From Octopus vulgaris (taxonomy: Eukaryota): a stretch of 64,000 nt of DNA. The notes under the pieces were generated by a model. It worked only from the letters and a program-made list of their open reading frames with translations. It was not told the DNA's origin and did not search any database. Where the stretch lies: positions 95,232,001 to 95,296,000 of the forward strand of contig OX597818.1 in assembly GCA_951406725.2 (NCBI GenBank), given 5' to 3'. A program made the translations under genes and the position numbers. This document shows, one piece after another, positions 40,696 to 54,585 of this stretch (the stretch's first letter is position 1; the number at the start of each line of letters is the position of its first letter).

Positions 40696-40762
<67 letters not shown>

Positions 40763-42355
40763 AGAGAGATTATGTTTCAATTGGGTTTAATATCTCATTT
40801 TCATCAGGTGTTTTATTCTTGAAAATGCACAGTCCACAACTAGATTTAAACCAAAAATTTGCATTTCTGAAAAAGGAGTATTAATGTTATTATCCAATAA
40901 ACCACTGAAACATGTATGTGTGGGTAAGGACATTATGAACGTTGTAAATAAATGTCCTAAGTTCAAATTCAGCCTGAGACTATGTACATATCCAGGAATA
41001 AATCACTTCATGACATTTAGATATCAAACCCTTTGAAATGTAATGCCATTATCATCATCATCATCATAATTTTAACACCCACTTTTCCACACTTGCATGA
41101 GTCAGATGGAATTCAATGTGACAAATTTTCTACAGCTGGATGACGATGCTGTTACCAACCTTCATTTGCTTCAAGGCAAGGTAATATTTTCTCATGGCCA
41201 GGTGTATTTATCACAGAAGTTTGGAAACAAGAAACACTGCCTGTGTAACATTGTTGATCGTTGATAACCACCATGTGATATCAAAACAAAGAGATAAAAC
41301 ATAAACAAGCATACCTTTTACTTGTTTCAGATTGTGTCCATGCTGGGGCACTATCTTGAAGGGTTAAGGGTTTAGTCAAGCAAATCAACCCCAGTACTTC
41401 TTTTTCAGCCTGGTACTTATCCTACCAGTCTCTTATGCCAAGCTGCTAAGTTATGGGGATGTAAACAAACCAACACTGGTTGTTAAGTGGTGGTGGAAAA
41501 CAAACACAAAGACACGCACATACATACATACTCACATACACAACCAGCTTCTTTCAGTTTCCATCATATCCATCTACTAAATCCTCTCACAAAGCTATGG
41601 TTTGTGTAGGCCTATAGTAGAAGGCAACTGGCCAAGGTACCATGCAGCAGGACTGAACCTAAAACCATATGGATGGGAAGGAAGCGTCTTTCCACACAGC
41701 CATATGTGTGTGTGGGTTTAACAGGCTCCTTTCAGTTATTGTCTATCAAATCCACTTACAAGTAGCCAAGGGCTATTGTGAGGACATTTACTCAAGGTGC
41801 AATGTGGTGGGGCTGAAGCTGAAACCACATGGTTGGGAAGCAAACTTCTTAAGTACAAAGCCAAACACAAAATAAGGTTAATAGTCTGGTTAAACTATAA
41901 TCTTAGAAACAGCTCATCACTGACAGAGATTTATCTGTTCAAAAGGAACAGTGCATTGCATTCACAATGTAAAGTAGAGTTAAAAGAGCAATATAAAGAA
42001 AAATGAAAGAGTTTAGTAAACAAAGAATCAATAATAAGGTATACAAGCAAATAATTATTGACAGTTTTAAGAACAAATTACGTTTGTCTTCTAATAATTG
42101 ACCTTTGCAGAAAGACTGAAACTTGGGATGTTTTTTGATAATAGAGTTCACCTTGAGTTTTAAATATACTAATTGCCCACCTGTGTCTTCATATCAGACA
42201 GTCTGTGACCTTTTATAACCAGTTAGAGAACCCTGTAAATTATATGGTGACACTACACAAAGCATTCATTAGCACTTTTCTGCTATGTAACAAGGTTGGT
42301 AGGGTGGGGAGAGATGATGATATGTGTGTTTCTGTGCATGTGAGAGAGAAAAAGG

Positions 42356-42387
<32 letters not shown>

Positions 42388-42520
42388 TATGACTGCATGG
42401 TTAAGAAGTTTGCTTGCCAATCACAAGTTCAGTCCCAGTGCATAGCACCTTGGGCATCTTCTATTACAGCCTTAGGCCACCTTTTAAGTGGATTCAGTAG
42501 GCAGAAACTGAAGAAAGTGT

Positions 42521-42563
<43 letters not shown>

Positions 42564-45500
42564 ATGTGTGTGTGTGTATATATGTATATTATTATTATTC
42601 ATCTTTACATTCTGAGTTGAAACTCTAATGAGGTCGACTTTGCCCTAGTCAAGTGCTGGGGCTGATGTGATCGACTTAACCCTCCCCCAAAATTTCAGGC
42701 CTTGTGCCTATAGTTGAAAGAAATCATTATTATTATTATTATTATTATTATTAGTTCATCCATTGTCAACGATGGCCAAGGACATCACATGGGAGGCGAC
42801 AGAGCACAGCTGTGGCCAATCAATCCGATATGTGCTCAGAAGGTTCTGCCACAGGTCAAGCAGTGGTAGCCTACTGGGACTGAAGGTGAGGAGTTGGCTC
42901 TGGACTTGTGCAGTGTGTTTTCTTGTACCCCTGCAATCCTGATCTATTCGTAGGAAGTGACACATATAAGCATATATATAAGTGTGTGTCCAGTCTTGTC
43001 ATAACATCGTGTGATATTTGTAAACAAGTGTCTCCATCATACAAATGTGTCGTTCATTTCCAGTATTCTGTGGAAAAAATCCAGCTAAAGGGAAATATCA
43101 CCATGCATAGTATCTAGTGAAAGTTGTAGAAAATCTGCCTCTATGAATTCTATCTGAGCCATACAAGCATGGAAAAGTTGATATCAAAATGATAACAATG
43201 ATTTGTTAAAATATTCTAGTTCTAGCCGGAAACTAGTTAAATTAACAACCCTGGTTGGAAAGGTGAATTAATTCATAAGAGTTAAGATAAAAGAGTAGTG
43301 GAGGAAATGAAAATAAAGTATGTATACACAATGTCAACATACAAACTAGCTGAATGATTAATTGGAACAAACACTCATGTACACTTTATCAAAGCACAAT
43401 GTGATAAACTTTTAAAGCAGTCATTATGAATGTTTAGCATTTATTTAGCAATTAGATAATAAGTTTTTATTCTTATAATTAAAAACAGAAATATCATTAA
43501 GCAAGGAATCATTAAGTACAAAATCATTACGCAAATTGTTGTTGCATTTTTATTAGCAACAGAACATTGGAAAGGCCAGATTGGTTCTCAATAATATTTA
43601 AACTTGAAACATAAAGGGTTGTGACTGAATAGCTTTTGTCTGACACTACCAGTTCTTGTACTTCATTTTATCAACCTTCAAAGGAAGATAGATAAAAGGC
43701 AGAGGTAGTTCTGATGGAAATTCAACGCAAATCATCAAAGGAAGACACTCAACACATAAAGTGTATTTAATGTCGGGTATTTTGCCATGTCTAATGGTTT
43801 CAAATTTTTGGCACAAGGCTAGCAATTTTGGGGGAAGGGTACGTCAATTCCATCAATCCCAGTGTTCAACTGGTACTTACTTTATTAACCCCAAAAGGAC
43901 AAAAGACAAAGTCATCCCTGACAATATTTGAACTCAAAATGTAAAAATGGATGAAATGCTGCTAGGTATTTTGCCTGGCATGCTAATGAGTCTGCCAGCT
44001 CACTGCCTTAAAAATCAACATAAGCAGAATTTGAACCCAGAACAACAAAGGGGGACAAAATGCAGTATGTGCTAACATTTCTGCCAGTTCACCACATAAT
44101 AATAATAATAATCCTTTTTACAATAAGCACAAGGCCTAAAATTTTGAAAGGTGTTTAGATAATACTTGACTGGTACTTTATTTTCATTAAACCTGAAATG
44201 ACGAATGGCAAAATTGACTTCACCAGCTTTGGAACTCAGGACATAAAGATCTAGAAGTAATGCCACTAAGTACTTTGTTCTATGCACTAATGATTCTTTT
44301 AGCTTCATGTCTTAATAATAATAATTCTTTCTAATTTTGGTACAAAGCCTGCAATTTTGAGGACAGGAGGAAGTTGATTCCATTAACTTTAGTACTTGAC
44401 TGGCAGAAATTGAACTCAGAATATAAAGAGCCAGAAGAAATGCTGCCAAGCATTTTGTTCAACATGTTAATGGTTCTGCCAGTTTTCCACCTTAATCATG
44501 ATGATGACAAGGACAAGGCTTGATATTCAGGGAAGAATAAAATTTAATTGACCCTAGTGCTCTACTATTTATTTTATCAACCTTGGAAGGACGACAAAGG
44601 TAAGCCATCCCTGACATTATTTGAATTTATTTTAGGGGTACATGGAAGTATATAATCTAATATGTCCGTTTCTTTCCAAAGATGGTAAGCTGTGATTTGA
44701 GGTATATTTGGCTGCTATTTCTAGCAGATCAAGTGGCTGTGTTGAAGCTTTGTTGTTTGGTCAAAGTGAGATGAATGGTGAAGATAACTCTGGTAAAACC
44801 TGAACTCAGAATATAAAGGCATAACTAATTATGTGCCTGGCATTTTGTCTAACAATTCTGCTATTCACTGATGTAATAAGAAGATAATGTTTTACATAAG
44901 GTCTTTTATCAGTAGAGACACAAAAGTAGATTTCATTGTATCTGGTCTGTAATTGGAGGATCAGGATTTTAGTCTGTAAATGTATGAGGCGGAGTCAGAG
45001 TACAGCAGTGATGGGGAGGTGGTAACTTTGATGACATAAGCACAAAAATTTGTGCATACATTGTGAAGCAATAATGTGCATATAGAGGTCACTCGTGTAC
45101 AAATGGAAGATGAGAGATGACAAACAAAATAAGGACATAGTGAGAAAGAAGTAGAATATCATCTTAGAAGTTAATATGGAAACAGGTGGAAAGGGTGTTG
45201 GATCAATTTAATGATGGCTAATATGTAAAAAGCAGATATTAAAAAAAAATATCTATATTATGATACCAACTTGCCTGGGACAGACTGGAGTTCTATAATA
45301 CAAATTTCCTGTTTTGAAGTGACCTAAACTAAAGCCTTCCATCAAAATTTCAGGTTAATTTGTTCCAAACTCCAGTATAATTATGACAAAGTTATTTTAA
45401 TAAATTTCTCACTGATTTAGAAGTATATAATGGTAACAAGGAAGAAGTTATTAGATTATTTGATAAAGGCTTGGATTTTTAAAAAATAACATTTTCATAA

Positions 45501-45932
45501 ACTATTATTATTAAGGTGGTGAACTGAAAGAGCTGTTAGACTGTCATAGAAAATGCCTTGTAGTATTTCCTTCAGCTCTTTACAATCTGAGTTTGAAATT
45601 TGCTGAGATCCACTTTGATCTTCATTCCTCCAGGGTCAATAAAATAAAGCACCAATTACTGTACCAGGGTCAAAGAAATCGACTAAACATTCTCCCCTCA
45701 AAATCCAGCATATATTTGTTATTACTAGTTTGAACTAAATACATAGAATTAGCAGATCTGCCTATATTAGAAACAATTATTTAACAAATGAAATTATTTA
45801 TATTTCAGAAGGCAGCAAGCTAGCAGAATTGTTAGCATGCCTGACAAAATGATAAACAGCATTTTTTCCTGATTCATCACATTCTGGGGTCAACTTTGCC
45901 TTCTATCATTTTGGGGTCAATAAAATAATGTA

Positions 45933-46489
45933 TTGAGTTGTCCGGAAAGTTCATGCCGATTTATAGTAGCGTACCTTTCGACTTATTTTCGAACATGGTC
46001 AAGTCCATAAAATAAGATTTGACTACAACTCCATTTAGAGCACAGTTTAAGCTATCTTTTCATGGAAGAAGGTTTATGTTCCTATAACCTATGTTAATTC
46101 TGTAATCCTTTAAAATGGGAGATAAGAAAGTTCATTTTCAGCACTTGATGTTTTGGGAACCAAACGAAAATTGCTGCAGCTCAGCTGGGATGTGTTACCC
46201 TATTCACCAGATATTGCTCCTTCAGATTTCCACTTATTCAGGTCTCTGCAGAATAGTCTTAATGGTAAAAATTTCAATTCCTTGGATGACGTAAAAAGAT
46301 ACCTTGATGAATTCTTTGCCATGAAACCACCTCAATTCTGGGAAGAAGGTATTTTCAAGTTAAAGGAAAGATGGAGACGCATTGTGCAACAAAATGATTC
46401 GTATTTGGTTGATTAAAAATGTAATGGCAAGTATTAATTGACCTTTTTCTTTCCTTTAAAAATCGGCATGAATTTTCTGCACAACCCAA
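45933..46489 (+). mobile_element. Internally deleted mariner transposon nested in a SINE
   Basis: TA duplication at 45931-32 and 46490-91. TIRs TTGAGTTGTCCGGAAAGTTCATGCCGATTT / AAATCGGCATGAATTTTCTGCACAACCCAA. N-terminal MGDKKVHFQHLMFWE is joined to C-terminal PYSPDIAPSDFHLFRSLQNSL. Confidence 0.95.
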
Positions 46490-46629
46490 TACCAGTGAAG
46501 CACTGAGAGCAATGTGATCGACTTCCCCTCAAAATTGCTAGCCTTGTGCCAAGATTATAAAGAAATTATCTATAGTTCAGAATACTGAAAATAAATAGTG
46601 TAAGACAAAAACCCTTTATGATATTTAGC

Positions 46630-47780
46630 TTTGTCTCTGTATGTTCTGAGGGAGTTAAGCAATTGGATTTGTCATAAGGAAGAACATCATGGCAAAGCTC
46701 ACAGAAATGTTTACATCAGAAAGTGATATGATGATGATAACAGGACCACTAACAAGGAACTGCAATGCTACAATAATCAGTATGTATGCTTCAACTGTGA
46801 CACACTCCACTGAAAACAAGGAGGTTTTTCCACAGCCAGTAACACATATGAAAACATACTTCACAAGATCAAACTGTTATTTATGAGAAACTGAGACACA
46901 AGGACAGAAAAAGACTACAGAGATTGGCTTGTAGTTATGGGAAAATATGGTGTTAGTGGCTGCAAATACCATGTTCAAAGAGAAAATCAAACACAATACA
47001 ATATGGATTCACCTTTACTCTGAACATCATTAAATGATTGATTTTGTTGTTACATGATAGCAGGACAAAATGGACATCCATGGGCAGAAGAGTTACATAT
47101 AGCACAAACTGCTATATTAATTGCCTGCTATTAAGATCTAGGATTACTTTCTACAAATACCAAAATTACAACAGAAACCTTCCAAATCAATCAAGTTTGA
47201 TATAGATATACTTTGTACCATTCATAAGCTAAAATTAGCAGAAGAGATGGAATGTGCAGGAAGAGCTGTCAATCACCCAGATCATGTCTTTGGACAGCTT
47301 GTTTATGATAGGGCTAAAACAGCTATTGGCAAGCCCAAATGGAAGCATCAAGATTGGTTTGAACTCAACGATCTTAAACTCAAAACAGGTGCTACAAAAT
47401 CAGGCTGGTGAAACTCTAGATCAACCATGACTATATACAGAGATATTTGCAGATTGCCACAAAATCACACAATAATACTGATGTCAAAATAGTGGAATCA
47501 GACAGCAGAAGACAAGCAATGGACCACAAGCATGAATAAAATGAAGGGCTTCTACAAGGAAATTTCGGAACCACAGAGAGAGAGTCACTTTAAAATCATT
47601 TGATTTTAAGGAGAAAAGGACTCTCAGACAATAGGAGAATATTGAAGATGTGGTTTGAACACTCAGAAACTGCTTCATATGCCTGGAGACACAAAGCAAC
47701 ATACAACAATACTCTATCAATCCACCCTATGAAATACCAATGAAAGAATTTGCAATCTTCTGTCTACTGAATGACAAAGC
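46630..47780 (+). mobile_element. Old RTE-like LINE endonuclease/linker fragment
   Basis: ATIISMYAST..ENKEVF and remnants of NT.F, HLIDFV and KHQDWF motifs. Confidence 0.6.
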
Positions 47781-47802
47781 ATATATATGAATATCTCTCT
47801 TG

Positions 47803-47834
<32 letters not shown>

Positions 47835-48159
47835 CATCATCATCGTTTAACGTCCGTTCTCCATTATATACACACACATGTATATTTCTTTATATATATA
47901 TATATATGTCGTGAGAATTTACAAAAACACAGAAGACGAAGAAGGGTGTGTAAACAACAAACAGATGTATTAGTTTAACGCTCGGGAAGAGAGAAAGTCT
48001 TTTATGTCTTAAGTCTACACTTTGCGACGGAAAGGAACACAGAAATAAACAGGGAGAGAAAATAGAAGAAGGGTTTAGTGGCTAGCAATCTATCATGCAT
48101 TCCTCTTATTAATTGTTATATATATAGATATACATATATATATATATATATGTACATAT

Positions 48160-49465
48160 ATATATGTGGCCTGGTCGACAATCATCTATCTCGCTTTATG
48201 TCTACGAAGATGATTCTTGAGTCCAGCTTTACTGAGGCAGAGTCTTGCACAGACACTGCTTGTCAGCATCATAGGAAGACCCTTACCATCTGGATGTGCA
48301 ACAGCGATGCCCTTCCTGACATCCCTCCTTATTTTCTCATGCGCAACTCAAGATTTTTCAAAAGTAGCTGTCCCCTCATGCACAATCCTTCTCCACCTGC
48401 TACGGTCAATAGCTATGCCCTCCCATGTGTCAAAAGAGATGCAAGCATCTTTTAAGGAAGCCTTCAGCAAGTCCTTATACCTCTTTTTTGGTTTATGTGG
48501 AGGTTGTTCTCCTTTAGCTAACTCTCCATAAAAGAGTTGTTTTGGCATCCTTGAATCCGTCATCCTGACCAGATGACCACTCCATCTGAGCCTTTGCTTT
48601 AACACAAGAGCTTCTATACTTTCACACCGAGAGCCTTCCAATATTTCAAGATCACTGATGCGGTCCTTCTACTTAATGCCATAGATCCATCTGAGACACA
48701 TCTGATGGAAACACTCCAGTCGTTTAAGGTGGTATCGATATGTGACCCACATCTCGCAGGCATAAAGAAGAGAGCACACATGCCTTGTACACCTTTATCT
48801 TTGTCTTCCTGCTTATGTCTCGCTGACTCCAGAGGTGCCTTTCCAGCCTTCCGAAAGCATCACTTGCTTTCCTAATTCTGTATGGAATTTCATTATCCAA
48901 ATTGCTATATCTATTAATAGTGCTTCCCAGGTAGACAAACTGATCAACTACATCAAGTCATTTACCATACCCATACATATTTGCTTCACTATACTGCTTA
49001 CCAGGGGCAGGTTGGTACATGACAACAGTTTTCTTGAGACTGAGGCTGTCAATCCTAAGGCAGTGCAAGCATCAGAGAATGCATTCAAAATGTGTTGCAT
49101 ATCAATCTCTGTGTGCTACTACATCGCAATCATCTGCATACAAAAGGTCTCTTATGATAAAGGTAAATACGTTTGTTTTTGCAGCAAAGTGCCTGACATT
49201 AAATATGCTGCCAGAGGTTCGATAATGGACGTAAACACCATATCTGCAGTTTCTGAATGCAATACAGAAAACCATCGCAAAATATATGGCAAATAGGGTC
49301 AGTGCCAGAATATCCCCCTGTTTCACTCCATTTTGTATTGAGATAGGCTCCGACATTTTCCCTCTAACATTAACCCTACCCTTCATTCATGTCTTCAGGA
49401 AAAGACCTAACCAAAGCAAGGAACTTTTCAGGACACCCAAGTTTCTGGAGGACTTTCCACAGTGC
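48160..49465 (-). mobile_element. RTE/BovB-like LINE RT and C-terminal fragment
   Basis: NGVKQGDILALTLF, DLLYADDC and RLRWSGHLVRMTDSRMPKQLFYGEL; frameshifted. Confidence 0.92.
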
Positions 49466-49571
49466 ATACATATACACATATATATAATTATACATATACA
49501 TATATATATATATAATTATACATACATATACATATATATATTTAATTATACATACATACATATATATATAA

Positions 49572-49611
<40 letters not shown>

Positions 49612-49700
49612 TGTATATATCATGGTTATGTATATATGTATATATATATGTGTGTGTGTGTGTGTATAGGACTTTCAATTTCTTATAGTACTATGTGTGC

Positions 49701-49744
<44 letters not shown>

Positions 49745-49849
49745 TCAATATAGGGTGGCAAAAAAAAATTTTGTAGAATTCTTTTGCCTCCAGCGGCCTA
49801 GTGGGAAAAAATTAAATAGTCATAAACCATTTTTAAGTTCAACATTAAC

Positions 49850-50088
49850 AATCAAGGAACGGCCATAATAGGCCATTCACCCACTAGAAATAACAGCCAA
49901 AAGCTTTAACCGCAAAATAACGTCAATTCCGTAAACCAGGAGAAAATTGAAAAACATTTACCCTGTAAATTACAGGGTAAATGTTTTTCAATTTTCTCCT
50001 GGTTTACGGAATTGACGTTATTTTGCGGTTAAAGCTTTTGGCTGTTATTTCTAGTGGGTGAATGGCCTATTATGGCCGTTCCTTGATT
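49850..50088. repeat. Perfect palindrome, 119-bp arms, 1-nt spacer (centre 49969)
   Basis: AATCAAGGAACGG...CCCTGTAA-A-TTACAGGG...CCGTTCCTTGATT, lying between (TA)n tracts. Confidence 0.95.
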
Positions 50089-52077
50089 ATATATATATAT
50101 ATATATATATATAGTGAGAGAGAGATACATACTCATATGCAGATACTGATGTGCCGGCCAACATATCTAACTTATAAAGGAGTGATTAAAAGAAAAGCCA
50201 GTTAGGTGCACATTACAGTGAAGCCCCCACTACAAAGATAGGTTAATGGTAGGAGGTGGGTGATGGGAGCAGCTTAGTTTAATTTCTTTTTTTTTTAAGG
50301 TGAACAGAAGTTCATGGGTATGCAGAGTGAAGGGAAGTGGGTGATAAATTAAGTGTTCCTCTATGTAACTCAAAGGTTCAACATCTGATCATAATCCCCA
50401 GGGCTACAAAGTGTAACTTTTGTATCAGCCTAGCTTCTTTGTCCCTTTCCCAACACTAGTCCCCTAGGTTGGATAAGGAAAGGTAGTGCCTGAAACGGTC
50501 TCAAGCACTACCTTTCCTCACCTAACCCTTACCAAAAATAAAAAGAAAGCATGAAAGGAAAAAAAAAATGTTGTTCCCAAAGGCATTTACTATACCTTTG
50601 TTTGATTTGCTAGAAATAGCTGCTAAACAGTCCTCATATCAAACCTTACATCCTTCAAATAAATAAAGGATCATGTTAACAGCTAAGAAAGGCATGGAAG
50701 TCATGGCTGGAATTCCTTTGATCATGATTCTTACCAAAGAAATGCATGATTGATTAGCCTTCTTTAATTATATTTCTATAGAAATACACAAAAATAACAA
50801 AGAATTTAGTGAAATAATTTTGTCAATATTAATCCGATGTGTGGAACGTAAATTAGCATGAAATTTTAATGGAAGATTTTGACTTAGATCTCTTTAAAAC
50901 AGGAAGTTTATATCATAGAACAAGGAGCAGTCTTGAGCAGGTTTGTGTCAAAGAAGTTAGGAGAGATTCCTTACACCCTCCCTTAGTCATGAAAATACTC
51001 AAGAATAGAGAACGTGACCTAAGTGAAGCAGAAGTTTATGCAAAGTGATTATATTGACAGTCACATCTGTGTGTTTGTATTTAACACTGTTACATTACTG
51101 AGATTTTCAATTTACTTAACCTTCTTTTAGCTAAAAAGTTGGCCCTGTAGAATGATAAGGCCTTTAATTGTTTTCTAAAGAAATTTGAAAAAAGAAAAAA
51201 AAACTGTGTTTGTATGTGTGTATTTAAATATACACAACAACAGAGCACAGAGTAATCAAAAGACATTTGTTTTTTTATATATATATATATGTTTTACTTG
51301 TTTCAGTCATTAGATTGTGGCCATGCTGGGGATTGCCTTGAAGAATTTTAGTTGGAATGAACCAACCTCTGGACCTTTTAAGCCTGGTATTTATTGTATT
51401 TATTTTTGCCGAACTGCTAAGTTACAGGGATATAAACACACCAACACTGGTTGTCAAGCAGTGGAGGGTGGACAAACAGAATGTAAAACGCACACACACA
51501 TCATAGGCTTCTTTCAGTTTCTGTCTACCAAATCCACACATAAGGTTGTGGCTGGTTGCAGTGGGGCTGAACCTGGAACCATGTAGTTGGGAAGCAAACT
51601 TCTTACCACACAGTCACATTCATATAAAAAAAAAGCATTCAACATACATTATGGATGTTCAATATTCATATTAACAATTTGACTGAGATATGCCTTTCAC
51701 TGATGCAAAAAGCTTCTTATCATTTGGATGCTCCAGAGCATTGACTTATCTGAACAATTTGTGTATGTGTGTGCATGCATATATCATCATTTTAACATCC
51801 ATATTTTCATGTTTGCATGGGTCAGACAGGGCTCATTGAGGCAGGTTCACTACATATATATGTGTGTGTGTATGTATATATGGATCAAAACAGTTTGATT
51901 CAAATTCGTTGGTACTCGAGTTTCAAGCATGTTGCTAGTCATTTCAAATTTGAAATATATATATGTATCTTCTATATATATACACACACACATATATATA
52001 TATGTGTGTGTGTGAGTCATCTAAGAGACCATCAGTCAGGGGAAAGATGCACTTGTAAATCTGTTAGTAGAGTAGAT

Positions 52078-52520
52078 ATATTATCCGAAATGTATAGTAT
52101 TAAATATCCATGATGGCTGGTCTTACTAATCAGTTTTGCATAAAGAATACAATGGAGTGTCAGGTAAACAAACCGATTATATAACTTCACGCTCATCAGA
52201 GTTAGCCGATATGGAAGGGAATATGATGACTGCTCTCTATTGTCAAAAGTCGATTAGCACCTAAACATAACTCCTAAACTAATCCCCTGGCCCCTTTTAT
52301 GTCACACAACCTTTTTCACAACAACCACTGACCAGCTGTGCTAATCCACCTCTGACACTAGAGAGCAATCACCATATTCCATTCCATATCAGCTAACTCT
52401 GATGAGTGTAAAAGTTTATAATCAGTTTGTTACTTAACACTCCATTGTATTCTTTATGCAAAACCAATTGGTAAGACCAGCCATGGTGGATATTTCATAC
52501 TATACATTTCGGATAATGTA
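52078..52520. repeat. Diverged fold-back inverted repeat (arms about 52078-52260 and 52338-52520) with a relic hammerhead in each arm
   Basis: Plus: CTGATGA (52399)...ctttatgc-AAAAC-CAATTG-GTA-aga. Minus: CTGATGA-GCGTGAAG...CTTTATGC-AAAAC-tgatta-GTA-aga. Confidence 0.85.
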
Positions 52521-53559
52521 TATATACAGATATATATAGATAGGCTTCTTTCAGTTTCCATGTTCCAAATCCATACACAAGGCTTTGGTCAGTTTGAGGC
52601 TATAGTAGAAGACACTTGCCCAAGGTGCCACACAGTAGGACTGAACCCAGAACCCTGAACCCATGTGGTTGAGAAGCAAACTTCTGACCACACAGCCAAT
52701 AATTTTTACAACAAAATGGCTGATAGTGACTTTGAAGTTTTGGCTTGCTCACCTTTATCAGACAGTCTAATGAAAAGAAGCAAGCTGAAACTTCAAAGTC
52801 CCTGTCAATCATTTTTACCTTGTAAATTTATTAAATTTGTACTCTAGCAAAAAATACTGAGAAATTCTTTAGTTAATGCTAAATTGTTTCTATACATAAC
52901 TTGACACAAGAATAGATATATATGGATGGCTGCATGCATATATTACCTGTCTTAAATAGAGCATAATGAATGAAATATTTTTATTAGGTCTAAGGTAGCA
53001 CAACTTTCATGGTCTTGTAATGCAAATATTTATACACACTAATTGAGGTTATCTAATTAAATTATATAACTTGAGTTTTGAGTCTATCTAATCAGGTGTG
53101 GTTGTGTTCACATGTATGATAATAATGTCAGATGAATCCTAGAGATTCCATTATTTCACCATTACGTTACCATTACTCATTACCATTTATAGATGCAGAT
53201 ATAAAGATTAGGTAAAGGTTACCTTCTCGAGTCATACTGACTAATAAGGGCCAGTTTACTGGTTTCTGTGACATATAAATTCCCCTACCTGGACAGGCTG
53301 CTGCTCTGCCACAGGATTACTCATTTTTGTCAGCTGAGTGAACTGGAGCAACATGAAATGAAGTGTTTTGTTCAAGAACACAATGCGTCGCCTGGTCCAG
53401 GAATTGAAACCAGTCTTACGAGCAGGAGTTCAACACTCTAACCACTAAGCCATGTGTCTCCACTGATATGGCTATGTTGCTAAGAAATTTACTTGCCAAC
53501 CACACAGTTTCAAGTTCAGTCTCACTGCTTGCTACATAGGTCCAAATTAGCAATGGCGG

Positions 53560-53960
53560 AGGATGCTCTGAAAGTATTGTTTCTAGAATAAAAATTGGGT
53601 GGAGGAAGTTCAGAGAGTGAGACATGGGCTCTGAATGCAGAAGACATGCATAGACTGGAGAGAAATGAAAGTAGTATGTTCCATTGGATGTGCAACATCA
53701 GTGCACATGTATGACAAAGTGCAAATTTATTGAGAGAAAAGCTGAACATAAAAGGAATCAAATGTAGCATGCAAGAGAGAAGACTACATTGGTTTGGACA
53801 TGTGATGCATATGAATGAGGACAGCTGTGTAAAGAAGTGCTATTCACTGAAAGTAGATGGTACCCACAGAAGAGGGAGATCCAGGAAGACATGGGATGAT
53901 GTTGGGCCTCATGAAGGAAATGACAATGGACTGAGATGTCTGGCAACATGAAGTTCTTGA
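53560..53960 (+). mobile_element. RTE LINE 3' fragment
   Basis: MQERRLHWFGHVMHMNEDSCVKKC..GTHRRGRSRKTW; a related piece lies on the minus strand at about 21000-21180. Confidence 0.85.
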
Positions 53961-54229
53961 GAAGACCCACCCACATCAGTGAAACTGTTCTAGAAGCACT
54001 CTGTGTCCCATCCACACTTAAGAAAATTTCTCACACACCCTACCACAACAAACCAAACTACATCCTCTTCTCTTCTTCACATTTTCACCTTTATACTTGT
54101 GACCAAGACCTTTGGAATTATGCTGTGCGTGAGACCATAACCCGTGGCCTTCACCTGGGATGTAGCCAGTCCACTTATGCATACCTTTCCTTCTTTGGAC
54201 ACAAAACTCTGCTTGCAAAGACCTGTTGA

Positions 54230-54585
54230 GGCAAGTGAAATCAATCAAAAATCAATGGAAATTGTAGTTGTGATACCAGTACCGGTGGCACGTAAAAAGA
54301 ACCACCCAAACATGGCCATTGCCAGCGCCGCCTCGACTGGCCTCCGTGACATGTAAAAAGCACCAACCGATCATGGCCGATGCCAGCGTCGCCTGGCATC
54401 TGTGCCGGTGGCACATAAAAAGCACCTACTACACTCACGGAGTGGTTGGCATTAGGAAGGGCATCCAGCTGTAGAAACACTGCCAGATCAGACTAGAGCC
54501 TGGTGCAGCCTCCTGGCTTCCCAGACCCCATTTGAACCGTCCAACCCATGCTAGCATGGAAAACGGACGTTAAACGATGATGATA
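54230..54585 (+). mobile_element. (GAT)n-tailed short retroelement with internal tandem subrepeats
   Basis: GGAAGGGCATCCAGC..CCAACCCATGCTAGCATGGAAA..TAAACGATGATG; copies at 9130-9380, 19465-19930(-), 39598-39810(-) and 55150-55445. Confidence 0.7.
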
